A stretch of DNA of 24,410 nucleotides from a virus (taxonomy: Duplodnaviria; Caudoviricetes): the IMG/VR virus record IMGVR_UViG_3300009108_000052, positions 1 through 24,410 of that record; one strand, given 5' to 3'. Positions 1 through 6,659 of this stretch are shown here, piece after piece; the first letter of the stretch is position 1; each line of letters starts with the position of its first letter. Below the pieces are notes generated by a model that was not told where the DNA came from, ran no database searches, and saw only the letters and a list, made by a program, of their open reading frames with translations. A program made the position numbers and the translations under genes.

Positions 1-22
1 ACTATGTAATACAACCAGTTTT
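1..22 (+). repeat. 22-bp direct repeat copy 1 (ACTATGTAATACAACCAGTTTT), upstream of first ORF
   Basis: Identical to 2501-2522; may extend left of the window. Confidence 0.85.
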
Positions 23-43
23 TATTTATTGGAGAGTATCAAA

Positions 44-727
44 ATGATATTATTCGAGACTGATTTATTCGTGATTATTATCACCTTTAAATCATTAAAT
101 AATAAAACGGGGGACATGTGTCAAGTTTGGATAATTAATAAAGAATTTGACCCAGTCACAGCCGTTAAAAACGGTAGTAATTCAATTATATGTTTTGATT
201 GTAAGCATAAGGGTGAGACCTGTTATGTAAATCAGGGTCAAGCACCTTTATCAGTTTATAAAGCATATAAGAACGGCTTATATCAGCCTTTAGACTATGA
301 TGTACTTAAATATCAATTAAAACATAAGTATGTTAGGTTTGGGGCGTACGGTGAGCCTGTATTGATTCCTATTGAATTAATGCAATTTATTGCAGAAAAT
401 TCGAAAGGCTATACGGGTTATACTCACCAGTGGAGCGATAAAAAATACAGCGATTATAAGCAGTATTTAATGGCTTCAGTTGATACAGCCGAAGAGTACG
501 AAAATGCGACTCTTGATGGTTGGCGTTGTTATCGTGTTAGTTCAGATAATACACCTTTAAAGGGTGAAATTATTTGTCCGAATACGACTGATAACATCCA
601 ATGTCGAGATTGTCGCTTGTGTGATGGTTTACATAATCATCCGAATGCAAAAAATATTGTTACACTTGTACATGGTACAGTTGGCAAAATTAACGCATTT
701 AATCGTATTGCAATTGCTACTATTTAA
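44..727 (+). CDS. Cys-rich conserved phage protein, function unknown
   Basis: Track start 29; better start is ATG 44 after GGAG at 31-34. Motifs CFDC..TCY, RFGAYGEP, GYTHQW, MASVD, ICP..CRDCRLC. Confidence 0.8.
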   Translation: MILFETDLFVIIITFKSLNNKTGDMCQVWIINKEFDPVTAVKNGSNSIICFDCKHKGETCYVNQGQAPLSVYKAYKNGLYQPLDYDVLKYQLKHKYVRFGAYGEPVLIPIELMQFIAENSKGYTGYTHQWSDKKYSDYKQYLMASVDTAEEYENATLDGWRCYRVSSDNTPLKGEIICPNTTDNIQCRDCRLCDGLHNHPNAKNIVTLVHGTVGKINAFNRIAIATI

Positions 728-774
728 TAATAAATCAAAGCCCACTGTAATGAGTGGGTTTTTACTTGTTATTA
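725..774 (+). repeat. Intergenic hairpin repeat R1
   Basis: TAATAATAAATCAAAGCCCACT-GTAATG-AGTGGGTTTTTACTTGTTATTA; includes upstream stop, followed by GAGG SD. Confidence 0.95.
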
Positions 775-789
775 TGCGAGGGCTAAAAA

Positions 790-1020
790 ATGTCAAAGAA
801 AAAATGGCTAGAAATAATGAAAGAACTTTCTATAGGAAAGGAAAGCGAAGTTATTCGCAATCCATTTTCGGGTGCTGAAGTAACATTAGACCCAGTAGAA
901 GTTGCCGTTTATGATTATATTAAGGGTTGCGAGATAACCAAAATATATACATATTTTGATGATGCAAGATACTGGTTTATGAAAAAGAATTCACAAGCCT
1001 ATATGATTTTGCTTGATTGA
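790..1020 (+). CDS. hypothetical phage protein (76 aa)
   Basis: GAGG SD, ATG, exactly fills space between R1 and R2. Confidence 0.85.
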   Translation: MSKKKWLEIMKELSIGKESEVIRNPFSGAEVTLDPVEVAVYDYIKGCEITKIYTYFDDARYWFMKKNSQAYMILLD

Positions 1021-1094
1021 TAATAAATCAAAGCCTGTTTTCTATAAATCCTAGATTAAATTCGGGGACGAAAACAGGTTTTTACTTGTTATTA
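1018..1094 (+). repeat. Intergenic hairpin repeat R2 (long apical variant)
   Basis: Same outer arms; inner stem replaced by CCTGTTTTC (1034-1042)/GAAAACAGG (1070-1078) with 27-nt loop. Confidence 0.93.
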
Positions 1095-1109
1095 AGCGAG
1101 GACTAAAAA

Positions 1110-1454
1110 ATGTCTAGAGTTAAATATAAAGTGAAACAAATCGATTGGGATTTAATACCAAATTTCGATAATCGTGCAAGTGTTGAATTTGACGATTATA
1201 TGAAAATAAAAAGTGGTGTTTTCCAAAAAGATTTAGGTGTTTCAAAACTTATAGACCTTGTAAAAAATCGTAACGAATGGTACGAAGTTTGCGAGGGCTA
1301 TATCAATGGCTATTCTTTATGGAATGCTTACCAAGAGGGTAACATCGGTGAGCGAACTTTTAAGGGTGCTTCAATATCAACTGGTGACATCTTGATAGAT
1401 GAAGATAACCAAGAGTGGCTTTTAACTGACCAAGATTTTGAATTGGTCACATAG
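1110..1454 (+). CDS. hypothetical phage protein; C-terminal SISTGDIL motif reminiscent of YodL-like domains
   Basis: GAGG SD; fills R2-R3; family resemblance is weak. Confidence 0.8.
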   Translation: MSRVKYKVKQIDWDLIPNFDNRASVEFDDYMKIKSGVFQKDLGVSKLIDLVKNRNEWYEVCEGYINGYSLWNAYQEGNIGERTFKGASISTGDILIDEDNQEWLLTDQDFELVT

Positions 1455-1456
1455 AT

Positions 1457-1504
1457 TGATAATAAATCAAAGCCCATCTACGGATGGGTTTTTACTTGTT
1501 ATTA
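1457..1504 (+). repeat. Intergenic hairpin repeat R3
   Basis: TGATAATAAATCAAAGCCCATC-TACG-GATGGGTTTTTACTTGTTATTA. Confidence 0.95.
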
Positions 1505-1518
1505 AGCGAGGATAGAAA

Positions 1519-1743
1519 ATGTCAAATATAGATGAATTCGCTGTAAGAGATACAAGCGAAGACAAAACCAAGATATTCGTGGATGAAAATCCAAGAGGTT
1601 GTTTTGACAATGCATTAAGCAAGGGCTTATTCGATAGATTCGAAATGCTCTACTTTATGTATATGTATTCCAAAGAGGGTAGAGATTATTTCAAGCATCA
1701 AAATACTAGAAATTATGTCTCATGCCAACGGGGTGAATCATGA
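1519..1743 (+). CDS. hypothetical phage protein (74 aa)
   Basis: GAGG SD after R3; ATGA overlap with next gene. Confidence 0.82.
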   Translation: MSNIDEFAVRDTSEDKTKIFVDENPRGCFDNALSKGLFDRFEMLYFMYMYSKEGRDYFKHQNTRNYVSCQRGES

Positions 1744-2042
1744 TGGAAAATTCTGAAATTAAAATGATAAGAGATTTTCGTGAAAGTGCGGGAATCGATT
1801 TTAGTGAAAGGGAAACTTTTCTAACTGTGCATCAGCCTGTTAAAGGTTGGTCAGTACAGCAGATAGAATACAGCAAGGAACATGAAAGTTTTATTCCTTG
1901 TGGATTCTTTCCAAATGGTGACATTCTCGAATGGGCTTGTTCATCGGAGGAAGACGCAATCGATGAGGGAATACAATTAGCAACAGAACTTGAATTTCCA
2001 TTTAATTACACCACTGAAAGTGGTCAACATATTTTGTGTTAA
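1740..2042 (+). CDS. hypothetical phage protein (100 aa)
   Basis: Coupled via ATGA; stop lies in R4 left arm. Confidence 0.82.
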   Translation: MMENSEIKMIRDFRESAGIDFSERETFLTVHQPVKGWSVQQIEYSKEHESFIPCGFFPNGDILEWACSSEEDAIDEGIQLATELEFPFNYTTESGQHILC

Positions 2043-2087
2043 TAATAAATCAAAGCCCACTGAAAAGTGGGTTTTTACTTGTTATTA
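2040..2087 (+). repeat. Intergenic hairpin repeat R4
   Basis: TAATAATAAATCAAAGCCCACT-GAAA-AGTGGGTTTTTACTTGTTATTA. Confidence 0.95.
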
Positions 2088-2102
2088 TGCGAGGAGTAAG
2101 AA

Positions 2103-2321
2103 ATGAAAAAAGTACCATTGTTTCAACCTTTCAAAGATATAACTGAGGGTTTTGAAAAATTGGCAGAAATCATTGAAAAGGTAGAAAATGATGATGCGAA
2201 ATACCATTTGATAATTTGGTATGGTTGTTTTCATCAGACCTACAATGAACACCTTGAAAAATTATATGATTGTTGGGCGAATGGTGAAGATGATGATGAT
2301 GTCGCAGAGGGTGAATCATGA
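2103..2321 (+). CDS. hypothetical acidic phage protein (72 aa)
   Basis: GAGGAG SD after R4. Confidence 0.82.
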   Translation: MKKVPLFQPFKDITEGFEKLAEIIEKVENDDAKYHLIIWYGCFHQTYNEHLEKLYDCWANGEDDDDVAEGES

Positions 2322-2425
2322 AATTAATTTTATGGTTATCATTCTTTGGGACTCTATTATTCTTTGTGGCAGTCGCTCTAATTCTCAATGAGTTTTCGAG
2401 AGTTGGACTTCCACCATTTTATTAA
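2318..2425 (+). CDS. small membrane peptide (35 aa, MKLILWLSFFGTLLFFVAVALILNEFSRVGLPPFY)
   Basis: Not in track; ATGA overlap, hydrophobic helix, stop abuts R5. Confidence 0.7.
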   Translation: MKLILWLSFFGTLLFFVAVALILNEFSRVGLPPFY

Positions 2426-2475
2426 TAAATAATAAATCAAAGCCCATCTACGGATGGGTTTTTACTTGTTATTTA
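2426..2475 (+). repeat. Intergenic hairpin repeat R5
   Basis: TAAATAATAAATCAAAGCCCATC-TACG-GATGGGTTTTTACTTGTTATTTA. Confidence 0.95.
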
Positions 2476-2500
2476 GAGCCTCACTTTGTGGGGGGGGGCA

Positions 2501-2522
2501 ACTATGTAATACAACCAGTTTT
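2501..2522 (+). repeat. 22-bp direct repeat copy 2
   Basis: Identical to 1-22; preceded by a G-run, followed by SD of ORF at 2545. Confidence 0.85.
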
Positions 2523-2544
2523 AAACTGCAAGAGAGGAAGTGAT

Positions 2545-2817
2545 ATGACTTATAGGAAAACCACCTTTAATGATTTGCACATAAAAATAGCAGATAGGTA
2601 TTTTGATTTATTCAAGAGCCTTGACCTCGGATATGTTCCAGAGAAAATTGATATTCTTATATCTCTGGGTTACTCACCTTTATCAGAAAGTGATTTACAA
2701 AGATTGCTTGATGGTAGTGATGAAGACTTAGCCCACGATGTTTCTGGAATTAATTCACATATTTCTAGAGAAACAAAACTTATGGATGAGACCTTTGTTC
2801 CTCGATGTATGAGATAG
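2545..2817 (+). CDS. conserved phage protein (possibly DUF6874-like)
   Basis: Track start 2488; ATG 2545 follows GAGG. Motif LL..SD..LAHDV.GI..H..R.T......FVPR recalled from a phage family. Confidence 0.75.
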   Translation: MTYRKTTFNDLHIKIADRYFDLFKSLDLGYVPEKIDILISLGYSPLSESDLQRLLDGSDEDLAHDVSGINSHISRETKLMDETFVPRCMR

Positions 2818-3100
2818 GGGGCTGATATTTTACAAGTGGGTTGCCGAGTGCGACCCACGAAAATGCAGTTACTCGAATACCCTTTGTGTAAGGGAGGTAT
2901 AGAAATAAATGCAACATGCTGAATCAACTATGCATTTACCACAGACTAGCAAAATCGGTATCACAATGTGTCGACTGATTGTGATGCTAAGAGTCCTCGG
3001 TAAAAGACGGTTCGTATCCATGATTAATGCCAATAACCTACAATAATATAATGTGAATGCAAATTACATTTATAAATTGTCAATTTGGAAGACACAAATT
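2818..3100 (+). ncRNA. candidate structured ncRNA A
   Basis: No credible ORF; consecutive helices with G.U pairs on + strand (2836-2858, 2957-2988 and others). Confidence 0.45.
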
Positions 3101-3105
3101 TCAAG

Positions 3106-3134
3106 TTGAATAAATGGTTTTAAAAATCTATACT
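3106..3134 (+). promoter_or_regulatory. sigma70-like promoter
   Basis: TTGAAT (3106-3111), 17 bp spacer, TATACT (3129-3134), AT-rich upstream. Confidence 0.65.
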
Positions 3135-3250
3135 GGTCGTTGGAGGACGACCTTAAAAATACTGTCTACTTTGATTTAGAGATTCTTCTCTAAGACAATC
3201 AAGGTAGACTTCCTCCTCTTTAACTTTTGGAGACTAGTTATGAAATAGTC

Positions 3251-3292
3251 AATATATAAAAGTCTACTTTTAGGGGTAGGCTTTTACATATT
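3251..3292 (+). repeat. Divergent variant of the intergenic hairpin repeat
   Basis: AATATATAAAAGTCTAC...GTAGGCTTTTACATATT; keeps the A.C mismatch and TTTTAC, directly before GAGG SD. Confidence 0.55.
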
Positions 3293-3309
3293 AATTATGA
3301 GGTGAAATT

Positions 3310-3555
3310 ATGACTTTTGAAGAATATGTATATGATTTCTATGGTCAAGGTGACGACAGTCTTTACGGTGAAGAATTCTTCCCGTCTACTGGTGGTGTTA
3401 CTATGGCTGAAATCAGACTAGCAACAAAAATCAGAGAGTTAAATTGTGAGTTACCTTTTGATGGTGACAGTCTAGACAGAGAGATTGTCAGAGACATCAT
3501 GATTAATTCTAGAAATCCAGTTGCTGAGGTAGAACACGGCAACAATTTGAAATAA
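3310..3555 (+). CDS. hypothetical phage protein (81 aa)
   Basis: GAGG SD; stop inside R6. Confidence 0.82.
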   Translation: MTFEEYVYDFYGQGDDSLYGEEFFPSTGGVTMAEIRLATKIRELNCELPFDGDSLDREIVRDIMINSRNPVAEVEHGNNLK

Positions 3556-3598
3556 TAAATCAAAGCCCACTGCTGAAGTGGGTTTTTACTTATTATTT
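3550..3598 (+). repeat. Intergenic hairpin repeat R6
   Basis: AAATAATAAATCAAAGCCCACT-GCTGA-AGTGGGTTTTTACTTATTATTT. Confidence 0.95.
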
Positions 3599-3614
3599 AT
3601 AGGAGGAATAAGTT

Positions 3615-3794
3615 ATGAAAGATATATTCTTAATAAAAATTAGAAATGTTTATGGTAATAGGTTAATTTACCCTGTTAATAGTCTCGCTCTATCAGTTGC
3701 AAAACTGATGGGTAAGAAAACTTTTAACAAAGGTGAAATTCAAGAAATCAAGAAGATTGGATTTGAAGTTCAAGTTGAGCAGGAGGTCTTATGA
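3615..3794 (+). CDS. small conserved phage protein (59 aa, NVYG...YP...GKKT)
   Basis: Not in track; AGGAGG SD, ATG 3615, TGA 3792-3794 overlapping next ATG. Confidence 0.8.
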   Translation: MKDIFLIKIRNVYGNRLIYPVNSLALSVAKLMGKKTFNKGEIQEIKKIGFEVQVEQEVL

Positions 3795-4213
3795 CGGATG
3801 TTATAGATTTGTTTCAATCGGAATTTGGTAATCCAAATAAGTTTAACTTCTTTGCCAGAAAATGTGATGGCTGTGGGTCGGGTATGAACACAGGTTATTT
3901 GGTATCCGATGGGTACACAGCATGTTCAGAAAAATGCTGTCGTAAAGTTGTCGGTGACGATAACTTCAATGATGCCATGACAGAGTGGAAAGAGCATGGT
4001 GATTCTGATTACATTTACTGGACTGACTGGGAAGACTTGGCTAGTGAAGTTGAATGTGATGGTGGTTACTACACCAAGACAGGAGAATTTATTGAATGTA
4101 CTGTTGAAGAAGCCAAAGAGATATTAGTTAAATCTGAATATTTCTCTGATATCTATTTGAGTCCCGATGAAAAGTATGAGAAGTTAATGAAAGAACATGG
4201 GGTAGAACAATGA
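3791..4213 (+). CDS. Cys-containing (CxxC..CxxxC) hypothetical phage protein
   Basis: AGGAGG SD; CDGC and CSEKC motifs. Confidence 0.85.
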   Translation: MTDVIDLFQSEFGNPNKFNFFARKCDGCGSGMNTGYLVSDGYTACSEKCCRKVVGDDNFNDAMTEWKEHGDSDYIYWTDWEDLASEVECDGGYYTKTGEFIECTVEEAKEILVKSEYFSDIYLSPDEKYEKLMKEHGVEQ

Positions 4214-4491
4214 AAAAATTCTACCCACCTGTTAAGTCAGTAACCTTGAGAGACCAACAGACCGTATGGAAAGTTAATTTCAGTGGGGTCAATGGTGATT
4301 TACTTGGCTCAATAAAAAAGACTGAAGCAAGTAATCTCAAGGAAGCAAGAGAAATATTTCTCAAAAAGTATTCTACTAAAGCGAAATGCTTGGCTAATTC
4401 AGATATTAAGGTCGAGGGAGTTCAATATGAACTCACTTGGAATATTAAGTATCAGATAATGAAATTGATGAGACCAATAATCTTAGATTAA
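4210..4491 (+). CDS. hypothetical phage protein (93 aa)
   Basis: ATGA overlap with previous gene. Confidence 0.78.
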   Translation: MKKFYPPVKSVTLRDQQTVWKVNFSGVNGDLLGSIKKTEASNLKEAREIFLKKYSTKAKCLANSDIKVEGVQYELTWNIKYQIMKLMRPIILD

Positions 4492-4502
4492 AGGAGGTAG
4501 AT

Positions 4503-4697
4503 GTGACTGAGAATGAGTTTTTAAAAAGTTGGCATAGGGCAATAGACCATGCCATGCAAATCGTAGATTCTGAGGATGAACGGTATTATGTAGCAGATAA
4601 TACTGGGTTGGTCATGCTCGATGATGTAGATTTGGAAACAGCGTGTGTATACGCCAATAAGATTGATGGCTGTACTGCGTTTAGAAAAATTAGATAG
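4503..4697 (+). CDS. hypothetical phage protein (64 aa)
   Basis: AAGGAGG SD, GTG start; stop inside R7. Confidence 0.78.
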   Translation: MTENEFLKSWHRAIDHAMQIVDSEDERYYVADNTGLVMLDDVDLETACVYANKIDGCTAFRKIR

Positions 4698-4740
4698 TAA
4701 ATCAAAGCCCATCTACGGATGGGTTTTTACTTATTATTTA
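4691..4740 (+). repeat. Intergenic hairpin repeat R7
   Basis: TAGATAGTAAATCAAAGCCCATC-TACG-GATGGGTTTTTACTTATTATTTA. Confidence 0.95.
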
Positions 4741-4752
4741 TAAGGAGAGTGA

Positions 4753-4932
4753 ATGGTATATAAAGTAGGTGATTTAATTATAGCAAGGGATGATCTCGGC
4801 ATTGTCTACGATACTATCGGAAAAATTGAAAGTATCGATAAGGCTCATAGTGGTGAGAAAGTCTATACTTGTAAGTTTGATGTAGGAACTTTTCTACTTC
4901 AAGAGAAACATTTAAATCCATTTAAGGAGTAA
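4753..4932 (+). CDS. small phage protein (59 aa, YKVGD start, possibly SH3/KOW-like)
   Basis: Not in track; AAGGAG SD, ATG 4753, TAA 4930-4932. Confidence 0.75.
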   Translation: MVYKVGDLIIARDDLGIVYDTIGKIESIDKAHSGEKVYTCKFDVGTFLLQEKHLNPFKE

Positions 4933-4934
4933 AA

Positions 4935-5201
4935 ATGAGTTACTGGGAAGATTTCGAATTCAGACACGATGAGGTTACTTTAAGTACCCTCTTGACTTTT
5001 GCTGAAAAGACTGACTTCGGTTACTGGTTTGAACGAGAGATAGGAACTGAGTGGGGTTGGAATGAGTATGAAGAGAATTTCGACAACGGTGAGTTTGACC
5101 AAACTATGTGTGGTCTCTATTTCTTTGAACTAACACAGAGTGACCTTGAGAAAGTCCAAGAGCGAGAGAACTGGGTTTTGGAACAAAGAAAAAATCAATA
5201 A
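4935..5201 (+). CDS. hypothetical acidic phage protein (88 aa)
   Basis: AAGGAG SD. Confidence 0.82.
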   Translation: MSYWEDFEFRHDEVTLSTLLTFAEKTDFGYWFEREIGTEWGWNEYEENFDNGEFDQTMCGLYFFELTQSDLEKVQERENWVLEQRKNQ

Positions 5202-5202
5202 A

Positions 5203-5243
5203 ATATAGCACATCAGACAGGTGTGTTATATCTTATTTATTTT
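5203..5243 (+). terminator. hairpin with T-rich tail, possible terminator or processing site
   Basis: ATATAGCACATC-AGACA-GGTGTGTTATAT then CTTATTTATTTT. Confidence 0.4.
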
Positions 5244-5260
5244 ATGACATCTAGTACAGG
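5239..5260 (+). promoter_or_regulatory. putative phage RNAP promoter P1
   Basis: ATTTTATGACATCTAGTACAGG; matches 9677-9698 and 13355-13376. Confidence 0.65.
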
Positions 5261-5270
5261 AGGAAACATT

Positions 5271-5540
5271 ATGATTGATGAAACAAAGGTTAGTTATTTA
5301 AAGAATGACAAAGTTAAATTAACTATGTCTATGGAATCTTATATTAGATTGCTTAATGGCTACAATGATTTAAATAGTGCCTTAAGAACAATGATGGAAA
5401 TACAGGATTTATATCTAAGTGACATAAACAAGATAGATAATTTCCAATGGGTCTTATTTAGAGGTTTAGGTTTCAAGAGAGCCAAAGATAGTTGCTACAC
5501 CTATGATGCTGTTCTAAGTAACAGTGGGAGGGCAGAGTGA
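5271..5540 (+). CDS. hypothetical phage protein
   Basis: Track start 5223; ATG 5271 follows AGGAGG. Confidence 0.8.
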   Translation: MIDETKVSYLKNDKVKLTMSMESYIRLLNGYNDLNSALRTMMEIQDLYLSDINKIDNFQWVLFRGLGFKRAKDSCYTYDAVLSNSGRAE

Positions 5541-5722
5541 CTAAGGATAATGCTTATTATGGAAGAGATGATGAAATTTGCCCTAAGTGTAAATCTGATT
5601 TGGAATATATAGCATATGAAGATTGGGAGAATGAAATTTGGCATTGTACTGGTTGCAATGCTGACTTCAGTGTTCATCTTAATTATGTTAGAGATTGGGC
5701 TGATATGGAGGAGATGAAATGA
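5537..5722 (+). CDS. small zinc-ribbon protein
   Basis: CPKC...CTGC; GTGA overlap; GGGAGG SD. Confidence 0.78.
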   Translation: MTKDNAYYGRDDEICPKCKSDLEYIAYEDWENEIWHCTGCNADFSVHLNYVRDWADMEEMK

Positions 5723-6033
5723 TTATTTATGAATTAACTAATAAAGGTGACGACAAAAGTGATTTTTATTTATTTAAAGAATCACATCCCGATTCTGAAT
5801 CAATAGTAGTAGACCTATTCTTTAGCAAATATTATGCGACCAAAGATGAAGCAGTGAAATCAAAACGAGATGGTACAAGAATATTCAAACATGAATTGAA
5901 ACCTCTCTCTAGAGATGATGTTGCAATGATTCTATCTATGAATCATGTAGATGTATTTTATGAAAACGGTTGGAACGAACTTCATGATATTTCATCCTTG
6001 GTGAAAAATACTATTGAATTGGAGGTTTCATGA
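5719..6033 (+). CDS. hypothetical phage protein (104 aa)
   Basis: GGAGGAG SD, ATGA overlap. Confidence 0.8.
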   Translation: MIIYELTNKGDDKSDFYLFKESHPDSESIVVDLFFSKYYATKDEAVKSKRDGTRIFKHELKPLSRDDVAMILSMNHVDVFYENGWNELHDISSLVKNTIELEVS

Positions 6034-6266
6034 GGACAGATGATATAAGAGAAATGTTTAATAATATATGTTATCGGACTTTCGATAGAGATTGTTCAGT
6101 CCAAATGGACTCTTTTAAAATGTTGGTAAATAGACTTGATAGTTCGGAATCCAATTATGTAATTCAATGGATTCCGACCAATCCTCTGATGCCCCATAAA
6201 AGTCTAGTAAGGGTTTGGTGTAGCCAAACAGATTATGACGAGGGGGTTACTAATGAAGAAGAGTGA
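6030..6266 (+). CDS. hypothetical phage protein (78 aa)
   Basis: GGAGG SD, ATGA overlap. Confidence 0.78.
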   Translation: MRTDDIREMFNNICYRTFDRDCSVQMDSFKMLVNRLDSSESNYVIQWIPTNPLMPHKSLVRVWCSQTDYDEGVTNEEE

Positions 6267-6351
6267 TTATTGGGAAATTTTATCAACCCTAGTTGTCTTA
6301 ATTTTCCTCATTTGGCTACTTGTATATGTAGTAGATTATTTAATTGTTTAA
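6253..6351 (+). CDS. small membrane peptide (32 aa)
   Basis: Not in track; GAGGGGG SD; MKKSDYWEILSTLVVLIFLIWLLVYVVDYLIV. Confidence 0.6.
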   Translation: MKKSDYWEILSTLVVLIFLIWLLVYVVDYLIV

Positions 6352-6363
6352 GGAATTAGAGTC

Positions 6364-6651
6364 ATGAAAGTAGAAATATTAAAAAAATATATTGTAGAAG
6401 AGGGAACAGATTGGCACGGCGGTATTTTCGCCAAATATCAGTTCCCTAACGGTTATGGTGCAAGTGTCATTAAGAACAGTGTTAGTTATGGTGGTAAAAG
6501 TGGTTTATATGAATTGGCAGTTCTCAACAAGGATGGCAAAATTATATACGACACACCAATTACTGATGATGTTCTTGGGTACTTGACCCTTTTAGATGTA
6601 ACGAAACATCTGAAAGAAGTAAAAAACTTGGCACCCAAACTCGTATCCTAG
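6364..6651 (+). CDS. conserved phage protein (FPNGYGASV...GLYELAVL...TPITDDVLGYL family)
   Basis: AAGGA SD; motif widespread in phage small proteins. Confidence 0.85.
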   Translation: MKVEILKKYIVEEGTDWHGGIFAKYQFPNGYGASVIKNSVSYGGKSGLYELAVLNKDGKIIYDTPITDDVLGYLTLLDVTKHLKEVKNLAPKLVS

Positions 6652-6659
6652 GTTCATAT

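Noticed and set aside
761-789. TTTACT-N17-TAAAAA as a sigma70 promoter within the repeat
   Set aside because: The -10 is poor and not conserved across copies, and the start site would fall inside the ORF
564-878. 104-aa + strand ORF from the track
   Set aside because: Overlaps two better-supported genes and runs through repeat R1
2817-3025. tmRNA suggested by GGGGCTGAT start
   Set aside because: Match stops after 9 nt; no complementary acceptor stem or CCA 3' end
725-4740. CRISPR array interpretation of the repeats
   Set aside because: Spacers are whole genes of hundreds to over 1000 bp, the repeats vary internally, and no cas genes are present
725-4740. Canonical integron attC or Xer dif sites
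   Set aside because: No RYYYAAC/GTTRRRY cores (GTT is absent in R6 and R7), no integrase in the window, and the TTATGCG resemblance to dif is too short
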